64,000 nt of DNA from Saprospiraceae bacterium (GCA_020436935.1 JAGQWX010000018.1:19529-83528); one strand, 5' to 3'; shown: positions 18,399-28,676, numbered from the stretch's first letter. Notes: a model not told the origin generated them from the letters alone. Numbers and translations are program-made.

Positions 18399-19287
18399 TG
18401 ACGGGCACTATGGCTTTGTTTTTCTTTTCTATGTTTTTGACTACTCTGATGGATATTTCATATAGCAATATCATTGGAGTGCCAATCAACATCTGAGTAA
18501 TGACGTCGGGAGGGGTCAGAATTCCTGCAAAAATGAAGATGATGACAATGGCATGGCGTCTGTATTGCCTCATAAATGAGGAGGTAATCAGTCCCACCTT
18601 ACCAAGGAAGTAGGCCACGATGGGCAATTCGAACAATATCGCAGTTGGAAGGGTGAACATGGTCATGTAATTCACATAGGATGCGAGTGTTGGAGAATTT
18701 TCTGCTTCCGTTCCCACTGTATATGAACCCAGCCAGGTAATAGCAAAAGGCGCAATAATGTAATACCCAAAAGCAACCCCGGTAAAAAAGAGAAAGCTGC
18801 AGTATAGTACAATGCCTCTCACTGCTTTTTGCTCTGTCTTGTACAGTCCAGGTTTTATAAATCGCCAGAACTCCCAAAATATATAAGGAAATGACGAAAT
18901 CAAGCCCAGCCAGAATGCTACTTTCATGTGGATGAAGAACTGTTCTCCCATCTCCCGGGTAATCAGATTGAGCTCTGGGGGTGAAAAACAAATCGCCGGA
19001 GAAATATCGCAGATTAGTTTATATGTAATGAATCCCGGCTTTTTTGGACCAAAAACGATGGTGTCAAAAGTAAATGACTTCATCGTGAAAAAAACGATCG
19101 CCAGAACCAATATCGCAAGAACCGACCTGATGATGTGCCATCTTAATACTTCCAGATGATCGAAAAAGCCCATCTCATCTTCTTCTGGCCCGTCAGCACC
19201 GGCGTTTTTCTTCTTTGTTAAAACACTAAATAAGGACATGCTTTTTTGAAATGTGATGCAAATATAGAAAGTCTGTATCATTCTCAA
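18391..19287 (-). CDS. tatC: Twin-arginine translocase subunit TatC
   Basis: FDHLEVLRWHIIRSVLAILV (TatC N-terminal signature) and six TM helices. The true start is probably the internal MSLFSVL Met. Confidence 0.85.
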   Translation of the reverse strand: MRMIQTFYICITFQKSMSLFSVLTKKKNAGADGPEEDEMGFFDHLEVLRWHIIRSVLAILVLAIVFFTMKSFTFDTIVFGPKKPGFITYKLICDISPAICFSPPELNLITREMGEQFFIHMKVAFWLGLISSFPYIFWEFWRFIKPGLYKTEQKAVRGIVLYCSFLFFTGVAFGYYIIAPFAITWLGSYTVGTEAENSPTLASYVNYMTMFTLPTAILFELPIVAYFLGKVGLITSSFMRQYRRHAIVIIFIFAGILTPPDVITQMLIGTPMILLYEISIRVVKNIEKKNKAIVPVND

Positions 19288-19333
19288 CTATCTGACAATA
19301 CCAATATGCCCAAGACCGTTTGTTTTTATACAT

Positions 19334-20596
19334 TTGCTGCGTTTTATCGACAAACGGAGCCAATTGCTCAAAAATATGATGATCAAAAAAAATGCTTTTT
19401 CCATCACTTTCACACTGATGCTTGTTCTCGGTATGTATTCACAAATACTTACGGGGCAAAAGAGAGCGGCATACAGCTATACCTTTGATGGTTGCAATTT
19501 GCAGGATGCTACGGCTTTTGGAGACGATGCCAAATTGATGGGCAATTTGTCCTGCGGCTGCGGTATTGGGGGGGACGGGCTCAAATTTTCAGGAAATGAA
19601 AGCCTGGAACTGGGCGGTGAAATCAATCAGATTTTTTCAAAAGACTTCAGCATTGACTTTTATGTGAACATCACATCTTCATTTGCTTCTACTGATATAT
19701 TGTCCATACAGTCGGCCTGTAGCCTTGATTCCTCAATCTATTTGAAATACCTGCCGCAGACAAAAGAGATTATCGTTGAAATTTCAGAAGACGTAGGTGA
19801 GTATTATGTTTTAAAAGGCCCCATTGGCAGTTCTTGCTGGAACAGGATTACCCTGACAAAAAGCCAGCTTAACTATTCTCTATTCATCAACAATGAATTG
19901 GCAGAACTGGAACAAGTCAGCAGAAATATTCCCATCTCCAAAAATGCCAGACTTAGGTTTTCAGGCAGTCCATGTACTGTAAAAAGTGATGATAAGTTTG
20001 TAGGCGTAATTGATGAAGTCAAGATTTACAATGTTGCGCTTTCAAGACAAGACCTGCAAAACTCTTACGTATTCCCGGATCAGGTGGTCAATATTGACAC
20101 CACCATCTTAAAAGGAAACAGTGTTGACATCAATGTGGGTACGACTTGTTTTGACAACTTCACCTGGACCCCGACTACAGGACTGAGCAACCCCTCCTCA
20201 CTTTCTACTACAGCAACACCACAGGAGACGACCACCTACGAATTGAGTCTTACCAATAATGGATGTGAAGAAGTATCCTCAGTGACCATAAATGTGATAG
20301 AAGCAGACGAAAAAGATTGTTCCAATTTGTTGATTCCGGCTGCATTTACACCAAATGGAGATAACCTCAATGATGCCCTGGGAATTGCCAACACATTTAT
20401 AGTAGACAAAATAGAGTCATTTGAGATCTACGATCGTTGGGGTGGATTTATCACGAGCTTTTCACAAAAATCAGATCGCTGGGACGGTACCAAGAACGGG
20501 AGCCCAATGCCTGGCGGGTCTTATTTTTATAAGATTTCATACATTTGTGACAATCAGGCTTATGGGAAAGCAGGTAGTTTTCTCATGCTCAAATAA
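19334..20596 (+). CDS. LamG (concanavalin-like) domain protein with a T9SS type-B (gliding-motility-associated) C-terminal domain
   Basis: C-terminus LIPAAFTPNGDNLNDALGI...IYDRWGGFI...WDGTKNGSPMPGGSYFYKISY matches the TIGR04131-type CTD. LamG-like N-terminal region. Signal peptide after the internal MMIKK Met. Confidence 0.75.
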   Translation: MLRFIDKRSQLLKNMMIKKNAFSITFTLMLVLGMYSQILTGQKRAAYSYTFDGCNLQDATAFGDDAKLMGNLSCGCGIGGDGLKFSGNESLELGGEINQIFSKDFSIDFYVNITSSFASTDILSIQSACSLDSSIYLKYLPQTKEIIVEISEDVGEYYVLKGPIGSSCWNRITLTKSQLNYSLFINNELAELEQVSRNIPISKNARLRFSGSPCTVKSDDKFVGVIDEVKIYNVALSRQDLQNSYVFPDQVVNIDTTILKGNSVDINVGTTCFDNFTWTPTTGLSNPSSLSTTATPQETTTYELSLTNNGCEEVSSVTINVIEADEKDCSNLLIPAAFTPNGDNLNDALGIANTFIVDKIESFEIYDRWGGFITSFSQKSDRWDGTKNGSPMPGGSYFYKISYICDNQAYGKAGSFLMLK

Positions 20597-20604
20597 AAGC
20601 ATCC

Positions 20605-21171
20605 ATGATATTCGACGACCAGGAATTTAAAGGTGAAGCAGTAGCAAAAGCCATTGCCGATGGAGCCTTGTATGAATACTGTATTTTCAGAGATGGTGAT
20701 TTGTCGGGCATGGATCTTTCGCGTTGTAAGTTTGTCAATTGCGATTTTATTGAAGTCAACCTCAGCAATATTGCCCTGACCGGCACCAGGTTCCAGGAGT
20801 GCAGTTTTCAATCGTGTAAGATATTGGGTTTTGATTTGAGTGGCATCAATTCCATAGGATTTAAAGCCACTTTTCAATCTTGCAATCTGTCTCATGCGGT
20901 TTTCATTGGCATTGGCTTGAAAAATGCGAGCTTTGAAGATTGCAAACTCCAGGGCGCAGATTTTACTGATGCAGATTGCTCGGGTGTAAGCTTTCTCTCT
21001 TGTAATTTTGCAGAGGCTGTCTTTGATCAGACCAACCTTGAAAAGGCCAATTTTACCGGTGCTTATGGATACTATATAGACCCAAGACAAAATAAACTTA
21101 AAGGGGCAAGATTTGACTTTCCCCATGCAATTGGTTTACTGGAACCATTTGGTGTGATCATCAACAGCTGA
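20605..21171 (+). CDS. Pentapeptide-repeat protein
   Basis: Continuous A(D/N)LxG-type pentapeptide repeats (CKFVNCDFIEVNLSNIALTGTRFQECSFQSC...). 8 bp downstream of the LamG gene. Confidence 0.8.
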   Translation: MIFDDQEFKGEAVAKAIADGALYEYCIFRDGDLSGMDLSRCKFVNCDFIEVNLSNIALTGTRFQECSFQSCKILGFDLSGINSIGFKATFQSCNLSHAVFIGIGLKNASFEDCKLQGADFTDADCSGVSFLSCNFAEAVFDQTNLEKANFTGAYGYYIDPRQNKLKGARFDFPHAIGLLEPFGVIINS

Positions 21172-21186
21172 CCTTTCTTTTGTTAT

Positions 21187-24024
21187 CTACCTGGCTCCCG
21201 GAGGGCTTTTTCTTTCGATAAAATCAATGATGGTTTTGCTCAAATGCTGAGAGGTGCCCTGACCTTCATAAATGCCGTGCGTTCTGTTGGGATAAGCCAT
21301 AAATTCAAACAGCTTGCCATGTCGAACAAGTTCGTTGATGAGCAATTCAGCATTTTGGTAATGTACATTATCATCGCCTGTACCATGGACAATCAATAAA
21401 TTTCCCTGCAGATTTTTTGCGAAAGTTACGGGAGAAGAAGCCACATATGCCTCTTCGTTTTCCTGCGGTGTACCCATAAACCTTTCCATGTAAATGTTGT
21501 CATACAGATGCTGATCTGTGATGGATGCAACTGCAACCCCGGTTTTATAAATTTCAGGATATCTGAACATCAGGTTGAGGGTCATGTTACCGCCACCACT
21601 CCAGCCGTGTACAACCACACGTGAGGTATCGATAAATGGCCATTTGAACACTTCTTTAGCGGCCATTGCCTGGTCTCGGGCATTGACTATACCAAACTTT
21701 TTATAAACCGCCATACGGTATGCTGTACCTTTCAATGAAGGCGTTCCCCTGTTGTCCATGGCAATACCGATATATCCCTTTGGTACCAGCTGTGCACCAA
21801 ATGAATTGAAAGTCGGAGCATCATTGGCAACTGTGCTTGCCGGCTCACCGTAAGTGTAGAAGAAAACCGGATATTTTTTTGCCGGATCAAAATCTTTTGG
21901 CTTAGCCATAATGCCGGAAATGTCAACACCGTCTATGGTCGTCACAGAAAATTTTTCAAGATCATAATTGTTATTGGGTTTCCTGAATTCGTCATCCGTC
22001 AGCGGATAAACTTTTTTATGGTCAGGAAGATGAACGAGCCGATAATTGGTCAAAGTATGGATGTTTTTGAATGAATGGAGGGCATATTGGCCATCCGGTG
22101 AGAAAACATAGCCATTGGTGCCATCAAATTTCTGGGGTGTAACCCTGATGGAATCTCCCTTATCTACCTGGATGGAATATAGATATCGCTCAGTGGCATC
22201 ATAAGGCGATGCTTCAAAGTAAATGGTCTTGTTTTTGGCGTCAAAGGCAAGCATATTGGCGTCGTAATTGCCTTTGGTGATGATTTCCTGTTTCTTTCCG
22301 TCTCTGGATATTTTCGATATTCTGAGCCAACCATCCTTTTCATGTGCCCTTAAAAAGGACTGGTTGTCGTCCATCCATATCCACCATGGATCGTCCCATG
22401 CAAAAACATTGAAAGGAGCGATCCAGCCATTTTCCTGATGCTCTTCATACACCTTATTTGCTTTTCCGGTTTTGATGTCACAGAGATAAAAATTGCCATG
22501 ATTCTGCTCTCTGTTGAGTTGCATCACCATGATCTCGTTGTTTCCTGCCCATGAAATTCTGGGAATATAATTGTTGTCGGATGCTCCGGGTATTCCCATC
22601 CAAACTGTTTTTGCGGAGGCAAGCCCTACAACGCCAATCTTGACATCGGACGGATATTCCCCGGTTTTTGGATACTCGATTTCAGTAACTACCGGATACT
22701 TGCCATCTGTATTGTTCAGCATTTTGAATTTTTTCACCTTGGAGGCATCCACCCTCCAGTAAGCAATGTTTTTACTGTCGGGACTCCACCGGAAGCCATC
22801 CCTGGCTCCAAGCTCTTCTTCGTATGCCCAGTCAAAAGTGCCGTTGATGATGCCCGTGGTGCCATCTTTTGTCAGCTGATAACGTTTGCCGGATGCTTTA
22901 TTTTCTACATAAATGTTGTGTTTATACACATAAGCCACGTGTCTTCCATCAGGTGCAAACTTGGCAAATTGCAAAGAGGAGGGATCAAAACCCTGGCCTA
23001 ATTTCCTGCCTTTTTTGCTTTTCAGGTCAAACAACCAATAGTCACCTTTTGTATTGGCGCGCCAGACTTTTGCGGAGTTGGTGTATATCAACACTGAGTT
23101 GAGGTCTTCAGACCATACCATGTCTTCAACAACAGAACTTAGTCCGGAGGATTTCAGGTCTGAAACGCCCAGGATCATTTTTTTCGTTTCTAAATTTGCT
23201 GCATCACCAAGATAAATCCCCTCCGCGTCCTTGGTCCAGAATTGATGAGAATTGGGCAGCCATTTCATGTCCCTGATGTTGATTTGCGGAGCACTGACTG
23301 TTGTTGCAGACGATGCGGAAGACCGGGGGTAAAACAACTCTAAAGGCAACTTGCTGTTGGAACGAAAATCATGGTAATGCTCAACCTGGAGCAGCTTGCC
23401 GTTGCGGTAAAATCTTATTTTTGATTCAATCCATGCCTTTCCAACGGGTTGGTGGCCCTCAAAAACCACGTCTTCTTTTTGATCTCCGGCGTATCTTATC
23501 ATCCTTAGGAGCACATGTTTTTCTGAATCGTACCAGAGTTGATTGCTTACCTCATCTTCATTTATGGCGCCTACAACAAAGACTTTTTTGCCACCGAAGC
23601 TGTTTTCATGTCCTTTGTTGATATCGAAACCATATTTTCGGAGTCTTTCTTTTACTTCAGAATAATCATAAAAGTACATTCCACCCAAAAGGAAGAGCAG
23701 GTCATTGTCTTGCTGCATGCTTCTTTTTAATTCGCCGGACCTGTATGAAAATAAGGAATCGCTTCTGTAAATGACGAAATTTCCCTGGCTCTGATCTCCA
23801 AAATCGATTCTAAATTTATCAGGAAGGATACCATTTTCGTACCATGTCTCAGTCTTTATCAAAGTGTCATTTCTATAGGTCTCGGTGGTTTGGGTAAAAG
23901 TGAAATCGTTGTACCAGACACCATTGTATTTTTTATACAACATTTGCATGAATTCCTCGCCTGATGGGATACTGGAAGTGATGTTAAAAAAAACAGAAAT
24001 GAGTAAAGAAAAAAACAGAGCCAT
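21187..24024 (-). CDS. S9-family serine peptidase, dipeptidyl-peptidase IV-like, with an extra ~230-aa N-terminal domain
   Basis: DPP-IV propeller region. Catalytic triad contexts HGWSGGG (Ser), GTGDDNVHYQN (Asp) and NRTHGI (His). Signal peptide. Confidence 0.85.
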   Translation of the reverse strand: MALFFSLLISVFFNITSSIPSGEEFMQMLYKKYNGVWYNDFTFTQTTETYRNDTLIKTETWYENGILPDKFRIDFGDQSQGNFVIYRSDSLFSYRSGELKRSMQQDNDLLFLLGGMYFYDYSEVKERLRKYGFDINKGHENSFGGKKVFVVGAINEDEVSNQLWYDSEKHVLLRMIRYAGDQKEDVVFEGHQPVGKAWIESKIRFYRNGKLLQVEHYHDFRSNSKLPLELFYPRSSASSATTVSAPQINIRDMKWLPNSHQFWTKDAEGIYLGDAANLETKKMILGVSDLKSSGLSSVVEDMVWSEDLNSVLIYTNSAKVWRANTKGDYWLFDLKSKKGRKLGQGFDPSSLQFAKFAPDGRHVAYVYKHNIYVENKASGKRYQLTKDGTTGIINGTFDWAYEEELGARDGFRWSPDSKNIAYWRVDASKVKKFKMLNNTDGKYPVVTEIEYPKTGEYPSDVKIGVVGLASAKTVWMGIPGASDNNYIPRISWAGNNEIMVMQLNREQNHGNFYLCDIKTGKANKVYEEHQENGWIAPFNVFAWDDPWWIWMDDNQSFLRAHEKDGWLRISKISRDGKKQEIITKGNYDANMLAFDAKNKTIYFEASPYDATERYLYSIQVDKGDSIRVTPQKFDGTNGYVFSPDGQYALHSFKNIHTLTNYRLVHLPDHKKVYPLTDDEFRKPNNNYDLEKFSVTTIDGVDISGIMAKPKDFDPAKKYPVFFYTYGEPASTVANDAPTFNSFGAQLVPKGYIGIAMDNRGTPSLKGTAYRMAVYKKFGIVNARDQAMAAKEVFKWPFIDTSRVVVHGWSGGGNMTLNLMFRYPEIYKTGVAVASITDQHLYDNIYMERFMGTPQENEEAYVASSPVTFAKNLQGNLLIVHGTGDDNVHYQNAELLINELVRHGKLFEFMAYPNRTHGIYEGQGTSQHLSKTIIDFIERKSPPGAR

Positions 24025-24097
24025 ATGATAAAATTTTGATTACAAATGTACTCTTTTGAAAAACACAATTGCTTACCCCATTATACGTGATACCTTA

Positions 24098-24272
24098 ATA
24101 TAGACTCGTAGGAAATTGATTTGTCTACAAAATCGCTACCAATGCCTACACAGTGTAGTGACTGCGTTGTTAAGCCTCGCCGGAGCGCCCACTTCGTCTG
24201 CATTTAACGCCTTGAACTCTTCTTTTTTGTATTTGCAATTAAAATGGACAATCCATTTTCCGACGAGTATAG
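24098..24272. repeat. MITE-like intergenic element, copy A (~175 bp, imperfect terminal inverted repeats)
   Basis: Core 24162-24269 is ~85% identical to the reverse complement of 32204-32310. Arms atagactcgtaggaaattgatttgtc (5') and gacaatccattttccgacgagtata (3') correspond to the arms of copy B. Confidence 0.55.
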
Positions 24273-24319
24273 AAAATATAAAAGGACTAATATTCCTATA
24301 ATAATCACTCCGGACTAAA

Positions 24320-24919
24320 TCACATGATTTCTCTCACCTTGACCATAGCGGCAGACCTGGAATTGACATCAAGTTTCTGAAATATTCTGCTGATGTGAAA
24401 TTTTACAGTGTTCACTGATAAGATAATTTTACTGGAAATTTCAGTGTTTGATTTTCCTTCCCAAAGCAAGTGCAGCACTTCATATTCCCGCGGTGAAAAT
24501 TCTAATCTGAGCTTTTCATTCATCACTTTTAATGTAGGGAATTCTTTTTTGATTTCGCTCTGGTAGCGATGCATGGCAATTTCTATACTGGTGATGATGT
24601 CCCTGTCTCTGAACGGTTTGATGATGTAACCATAGGGTAAGGTGGCTACTGCCAGTTCAATGGTAAGTTTATCTGAGTAGGAAGTAACATATATGAATGG
24701 AATGGATTTGGATTGCAGGACTTTGGCTATTTCAATGCCGGAAATATGTCCTTTGAGAGAAATGTCCAGCAAAACCATCTCAGGATTTCTGTTGCTGATC
24801 ATATCCAGGGCCTTGGTCCCACTGTGTGCTATACCTACGACCGTGTATTCGGCTTCTTTAAGCGTGATTTCCAGATCACTGGCTATCAAAGGCTCATCTT
24901 CTACAATCAAAATCTTCAT
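24320..24919 (-). CDS. Response regulator, NarL/FixJ (LuxR-HTH) family
   Basis: MKILIVEDEPLIASDL...LLDISL receiver domain. C-terminal LuxR HTH (EYEVLHLLWEGKSNTEISSKIILSVNTVKFHISRIFQKL). Confidence 0.9.
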   Translation of the reverse strand: MKILIVEDEPLIASDLEITLKEAEYTVVGIAHSGTKALDMISNRNPEMVLLDISLKGHISGIEIAKVLQSKSIPFIYVTSYSDKLTIELAVATLPYGYIIKPFRDRDIITSIEIAMHRYQSEIKKEFPTLKVMNEKLRLEFSPREYEVLHLLWEGKSNTEISSKIILSVNTVKFHISRIFQKLDVNSRSAAMVKVREIM

Positions 24920-25301
24920 ATAATGCCATTGAATGTGTGATTAGAGCGATATTTTGAGTCGGGTGAAAATAGCTTACATTTGTCTAATTGGTTAGAATTC
25001 ATATTATTATAACGATCAGGTATCTTCAAAATTAATCCTTCAATGATTGATGAAACAATACTTTTGGGTGGATTTAATGCTGAATTATGTTTATTTCTTT
25101 GTGAAAAGATTGATATGCAGCAAAAAAAGCCAACAGCCAAGATACTTTCAATGCCAAAAACACCTCTCAAAAGAAAAGAAAATTCAAAAAAATTGATTCT
25201 GGAAGATGTGATTTTGCCATTGAAGGAAATTGACGATTTGTTGGATGCTTACTTTGAAAACCTCAATACCAAAACAGATGAGACGGAGAAGCCATAAAGG
25301 C

Positions 25302-27500
25302 ATGGATATTATATTGAAACTTCATACTGTAGTTTACACGTTATTTTTTAGTGGACTGGTCTTTGTATTGCATGGACAGCAAGCTTCATTTAAGAATTTT
25401 GTCGAAGCCATCCAGGAAGGTGATTCTATTACTGCTTTATCCACATTTCAAAGTTTTTCCAAGACAAACAAAAGCGCTGACAGTATAGGCCTGGCTACCA
25501 TGCTTCTGGAGGGTACATACCCTCACCTCGTGCCTGACGAGCAAAATAAAAAACTAAAGCGATCAGATGCTGAGCGCATTTTGGACATGCTTTATGCCAG
25601 TTCACATTTGCTTTTTGCCAATCCTCAGACCTTTCTGAAGGTTGCGGATTATGGAATAGCTACTGCCAAAAAGTATGAAATAAAACACATATGGTTCAAA
25701 TTTTTTACCGCCAAGGCAAGCTATGGCATGATCACAAAAAATCAGGATTTGCTCCAGGCTTCATTTGCAGATGTTGAGGATTATGATTTTAAAGACGACA
25801 GCCTTAATTATGCATCGTTGCTTTATTTCAAGGCAACGTATAAAAAAATTACCAACGACACATCTGCAGGTGAATGGTACACGCAATGTATCAATGTCTT
25901 GAAAGACAAGACCAAAAATCAGACTGATTCCTCATTTATGGCTGCAGTCTGTACCGACTATGGTAGCCATCTGGCAACTTTTGCTCAGCTTAAGGAATCT
26001 GTCAGGTATTATATAATGGGGTTGAAATATTTACCTGAAGGAGAAAATTATGTTTCTGTCAAGGTCGGCATTCTGAGCAGGCTGGCTAGAACTTATTTCA
26101 GACTTGAAAACACCGTTGAAGCCAAAGCCTATCTGGACGAAGGGGACAAAATTTGCAATTCCAATGAAATGGGAACAGCGCGAATCAGAGAGCTATTACC
26201 TTTGTATGGGGACATTGCTTCCAAAGAACAAAATTATCAGGAGGCCATTGACCATTATTTGAAGGTGCATCAGCAAGCCGAGCAAAACAATTCGGAATAC
26301 CTCCAAAAAATAACAGCTCTAAAAATTGCCCACTGTTATCTGGAATTAAATGAAAAGAACGAGGGGAAAGCCTGGTTTGAAAAATCAAAACTGAATGGCA
26401 AGGCGGATAAAGAGAGCGATTTTTTGGAATTGACCTTCTTGACAAACCTGGCCATGCAGGAGGGAAGAGCACAGGCAGCTGTCACATATGCCGAACAGGC
26501 AAATGAGATGGCAGAAAAAACACTTCTTCCATATTTGGAGCTGAACGCAAAAAAGAATCTCTATGAGGCGTATAAATTGGCCGGCAAAAACGATTTGGCC
26601 TTATCGATTTACGAAGATTTTCAGTTTCAGAGGGATCAATTGTACCGACAAGGTCAGGAGGCTGCTGTTGAAGCACTACAAACCGACTACCAGGTTTCAC
26701 TGAGAGAGGAAAAAATAGCCACACTCAATGCCCTCAATGAGGCCGGAGCCAGAGTGCGAAAGGGCCAGAGCATGCTCATCATTGGGTCTTTGATAGCCTT
26801 GGTCTTTTTATCCCTATTGCTGCTGCAGGTATATAAGCTCAACCAAAAACTGAAGTCAAAGAATGAGGCAATTTCTAAGGCAAATTCAGAAAAGGAAACC
26901 TTGCTCAAGGAAATACACCACAGGGTCAAAAACAATTTACAGGTGATTTCTTCTTTGCTCAAATTGCAATCCAAATATATAAAGGATGACAATGCCATCA
27001 AGGCCATCGCTGACGGACGCACCAGAGTACAGTCGATGGCATTGTTACACCAGAGTTTGTATAAAGAAAACAATCTCAAAGGAGTGGAGATGAGGTCTTA
27101 TTTCAAAAACCTGGTTGAATCCCTGTTTGAGACCTACAATATCGAAGATGAAAAGATAACATTGACCCTGGACATAGACGATCTCATATTGGATGTTGAT
27201 ACTGTAATACCGCTAGGCCTCATCACCAATGAACTCATATCCAACGCACTCAAGCATGCATTTGTAGATAGAAAACATGGACAAATAACAGTTTCCCTCA
27301 AGGAATCTGATAAAAAATTGATACTCATTGTCTGGGACGATGGAATAGGTATAGACCTGAATAAAACCAGCAACAACGGATTTGGGGCTATGCTCATTGA
27401 TTCACTGAGCAATAAGCTTGATGGGAAAATTGTCAGAAAATCTACAAATGGATCTCATATAGAAATCATCATTTCTGATTATTGGAAGATAGCAGGTTAA
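25302..27500 (+). CDS. TPR-repeat membrane sensor histidine kinase of the HisKA_2 type
   Basis: Signal/TM, TPR-like repeats, coiled coil and a TM segment (MLIIGSLIALVFLSLLLL). HHRVKNNLQVISSLLKLQ (HisKA_2 H-box) and an HATPase_c domain. The start is taken at MDIILK, in frame with the track ORF at 25230. Divergent from the LuxR regulator. Confidence 0.8.
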   Translation: MDIILKLHTVVYTLFFSGLVFVLHGQQASFKNFVEAIQEGDSITALSTFQSFSKTNKSADSIGLATMLLEGTYPHLVPDEQNKKLKRSDAERILDMLYASSHLLFANPQTFLKVADYGIATAKKYEIKHIWFKFFTAKASYGMITKNQDLLQASFADVEDYDFKDDSLNYASLLYFKATYKKITNDTSAGEWYTQCINVLKDKTKNQTDSSFMAAVCTDYGSHLATFAQLKESVRYYIMGLKYLPEGENYVSVKVGILSRLARTYFRLENTVEAKAYLDEGDKICNSNEMGTARIRELLPLYGDIASKEQNYQEAIDHYLKVHQQAEQNNSEYLQKITALKIAHCYLELNEKNEGKAWFEKSKLNGKADKESDFLELTFLTNLAMQEGRAQAAVTYAEQANEMAEKTLLPYLELNAKKNLYEAYKLAGKNDLALSIYEDFQFQRDQLYRQGQEAAVEALQTDYQVSLREEKIATLNALNEAGARVRKGQSMLIIGSLIALVFLSLLLLQVYKLNQKLKSKNEAISKANSEKETLLKEIHHRVKNNLQVISSLLKLQSKYIKDDNAIKAIADGRTRVQSMALLHQSLYKENNLKGVEMRSYFKNLVESLFETYNIEDEKITLTLDIDDLILDVDTVIPLGLITNELISNALKHAFVDRKHGQITVSLKESDKKLILIVWDDGIGIDLNKTSNNGFGAMLIDSLSNKLDGKIVRKSTNGSHIEIIISDYWKIAG

Positions 27501-27641
27501 TATACAAAAGTGCTGAATTGTGACAGCTTTATCAAAGTTGTGCTATGGTTAAAACCAAAAAATCAGAGTTTGATGGTACAACATACAATTGCTGAAATTC
27601 ACAGGGAGAAATTTGAAATAACTGACGTAAGGTAAAAACAA

Positions 27642-27682
27642 AAGGAGCACACATAGTATGTTCTATATGTGCTCCTTTTTTA
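27642..27682. terminator. Bidirectional hairpin terminator between convergent genes
   Basis: aggagcacacata...tatgtgctcct stem followed by a T-tract. Confidence 0.5.
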
Positions 27683-27701
27683 GTTTCCTGTGCAAAAAAG
27701 A

Positions 27702-28676
27702 CTATCCTTTTCCTCCTTGCAGGAATTCCTGATAAGATTCCAGTTCTGCCCATTTGCCGTCATTGGCCAATTCAGCTTGTTTTGGCCAGGTGGTGGGATC
27801 TGCGAGCTGGAAATTTGCTCCTGCAGCAGAAAGAATTCCTTTCAGACTTTCTGGGGTGGACTCAGCGAGTGCCTTCCAGGTTTTGATGCCGGCATTGTGC
27901 AACAATTCTTCGATTTTCGGACCAATTCCTTCGACGATTTTGAGGTCGTCTTGTTTGTAGGTTTTAATGATGCCCAATTTGATGAGCATTTTTTCAAGCT
28001 TGGAGTCGCTTTGGGTGCCTGTTGCTACACCGGTGTCAAGGTTTTTCTGTAGTGCCATGAGTGCATCAAAATCTCCATCAGCAGCCAGTTTTGCTTGTTC
28101 CGGCCATGAGGACGGATCTATGATTTTGTAAGAATCTCCGTATTTGTTGAGAATGGCTCTGAGGCTTTCAGGGCTTTGTGCTGCCAATTCCTGCCAGCTG
28201 CCAATACCATTTTCCTTGAGTACCTCATCCATCTTCGGACCTATGCCTTCGATGATTTGTAAGTTGTCTGATTTGAGTTTCGCGTATTTACCGACTGACG
28301 CTCCCATGCCTGTGCTTTCGCCACCAGATGAAGTGGCAGATCCTGCTGCAAATCCTGCAGCCATGCTGGCAAGATTGCCCCCAATACCTGCCTCAGAAGA
28401 AGACTTGAGGCTGTTCATTTCTTCCTCCATTTCTCTGACTCTACCTTTGGCAAGTGCAACATCACCTTCCAAATCTGCAGTTTTTGACCTGCATTCTGCC
28501 AGACTGGCTTCTACGCCTTTGAGTTTGTTATTGAGCGAAGCTATATTGGCCTCATACTCACTGATCATGGATTTGTACTTACTCCACAGTGCCCAGCCTA
28601 AGCCCAGGCCCAGAAGAAATGGCAACAACCATTGAAGCCACCATGGAAAGGAACAAAAATCAAATAAAGCTATCAT
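27702..28676 (-). CDS. Membrane-anchored coiled-coil protein with two helix-hairpin-helix (GIGPK) repeat domains
   Basis: N-terminal TM. Coiled coil (SLNNKLKGVEASLAECRSK...). Gly/Ser linker. Two ~75-aa repeats of LxI(I/V)EGIGPK(M/I)(D/E)E(V/L)L...GI.(S/T)W..LA...PE.L..IL...G......DP..WP.QA.LA.DG. Confidence 0.65.
   Translation of the reverse strand: MIALFDFCSFPWWLQWLLPFLLGLGLGWALWSKYKSMISEYEANIASLNNKLKGVEASLAECRSKTADLEGDVALAKGRVREMEEEMNSLKSSSEAGIGGNLASMAAGFAAGSATSSGGESTGMGASVGKYAKLKSDNLQIIEGIGPKMDEVLKENGIGSWQELAAQSPESLRAILNKYGDSYKIIDPSSWPEQAKLAADGDFDALMALQKNLDTGVATGTQSDSKLEKMLIKLGIIKTYKQDDLKIVEGIGPKIEELLHNAGIKTWKALAESTPESLKGILSAAGANFQLADPTTWPKQAELANDGKWAELESYQEFLQGGKG

Noticed and set aside
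20560-21126. 188-aa minus-strand ORF overlapping the pentapeptide-repeat gene
   Set aside because: It fully overlaps a well-supported plus-strand gene with clear repeats. The antisense ORF has no motif and is spurious.
28144-28635. 163-aa plus-strand ORF antisense to the HhH-repeat gene
   Set aside because: Its Ala/Ser/Pro-rich low-complexity translation is the complement of the Gly/Ser/Ala linker codons. No independent support.
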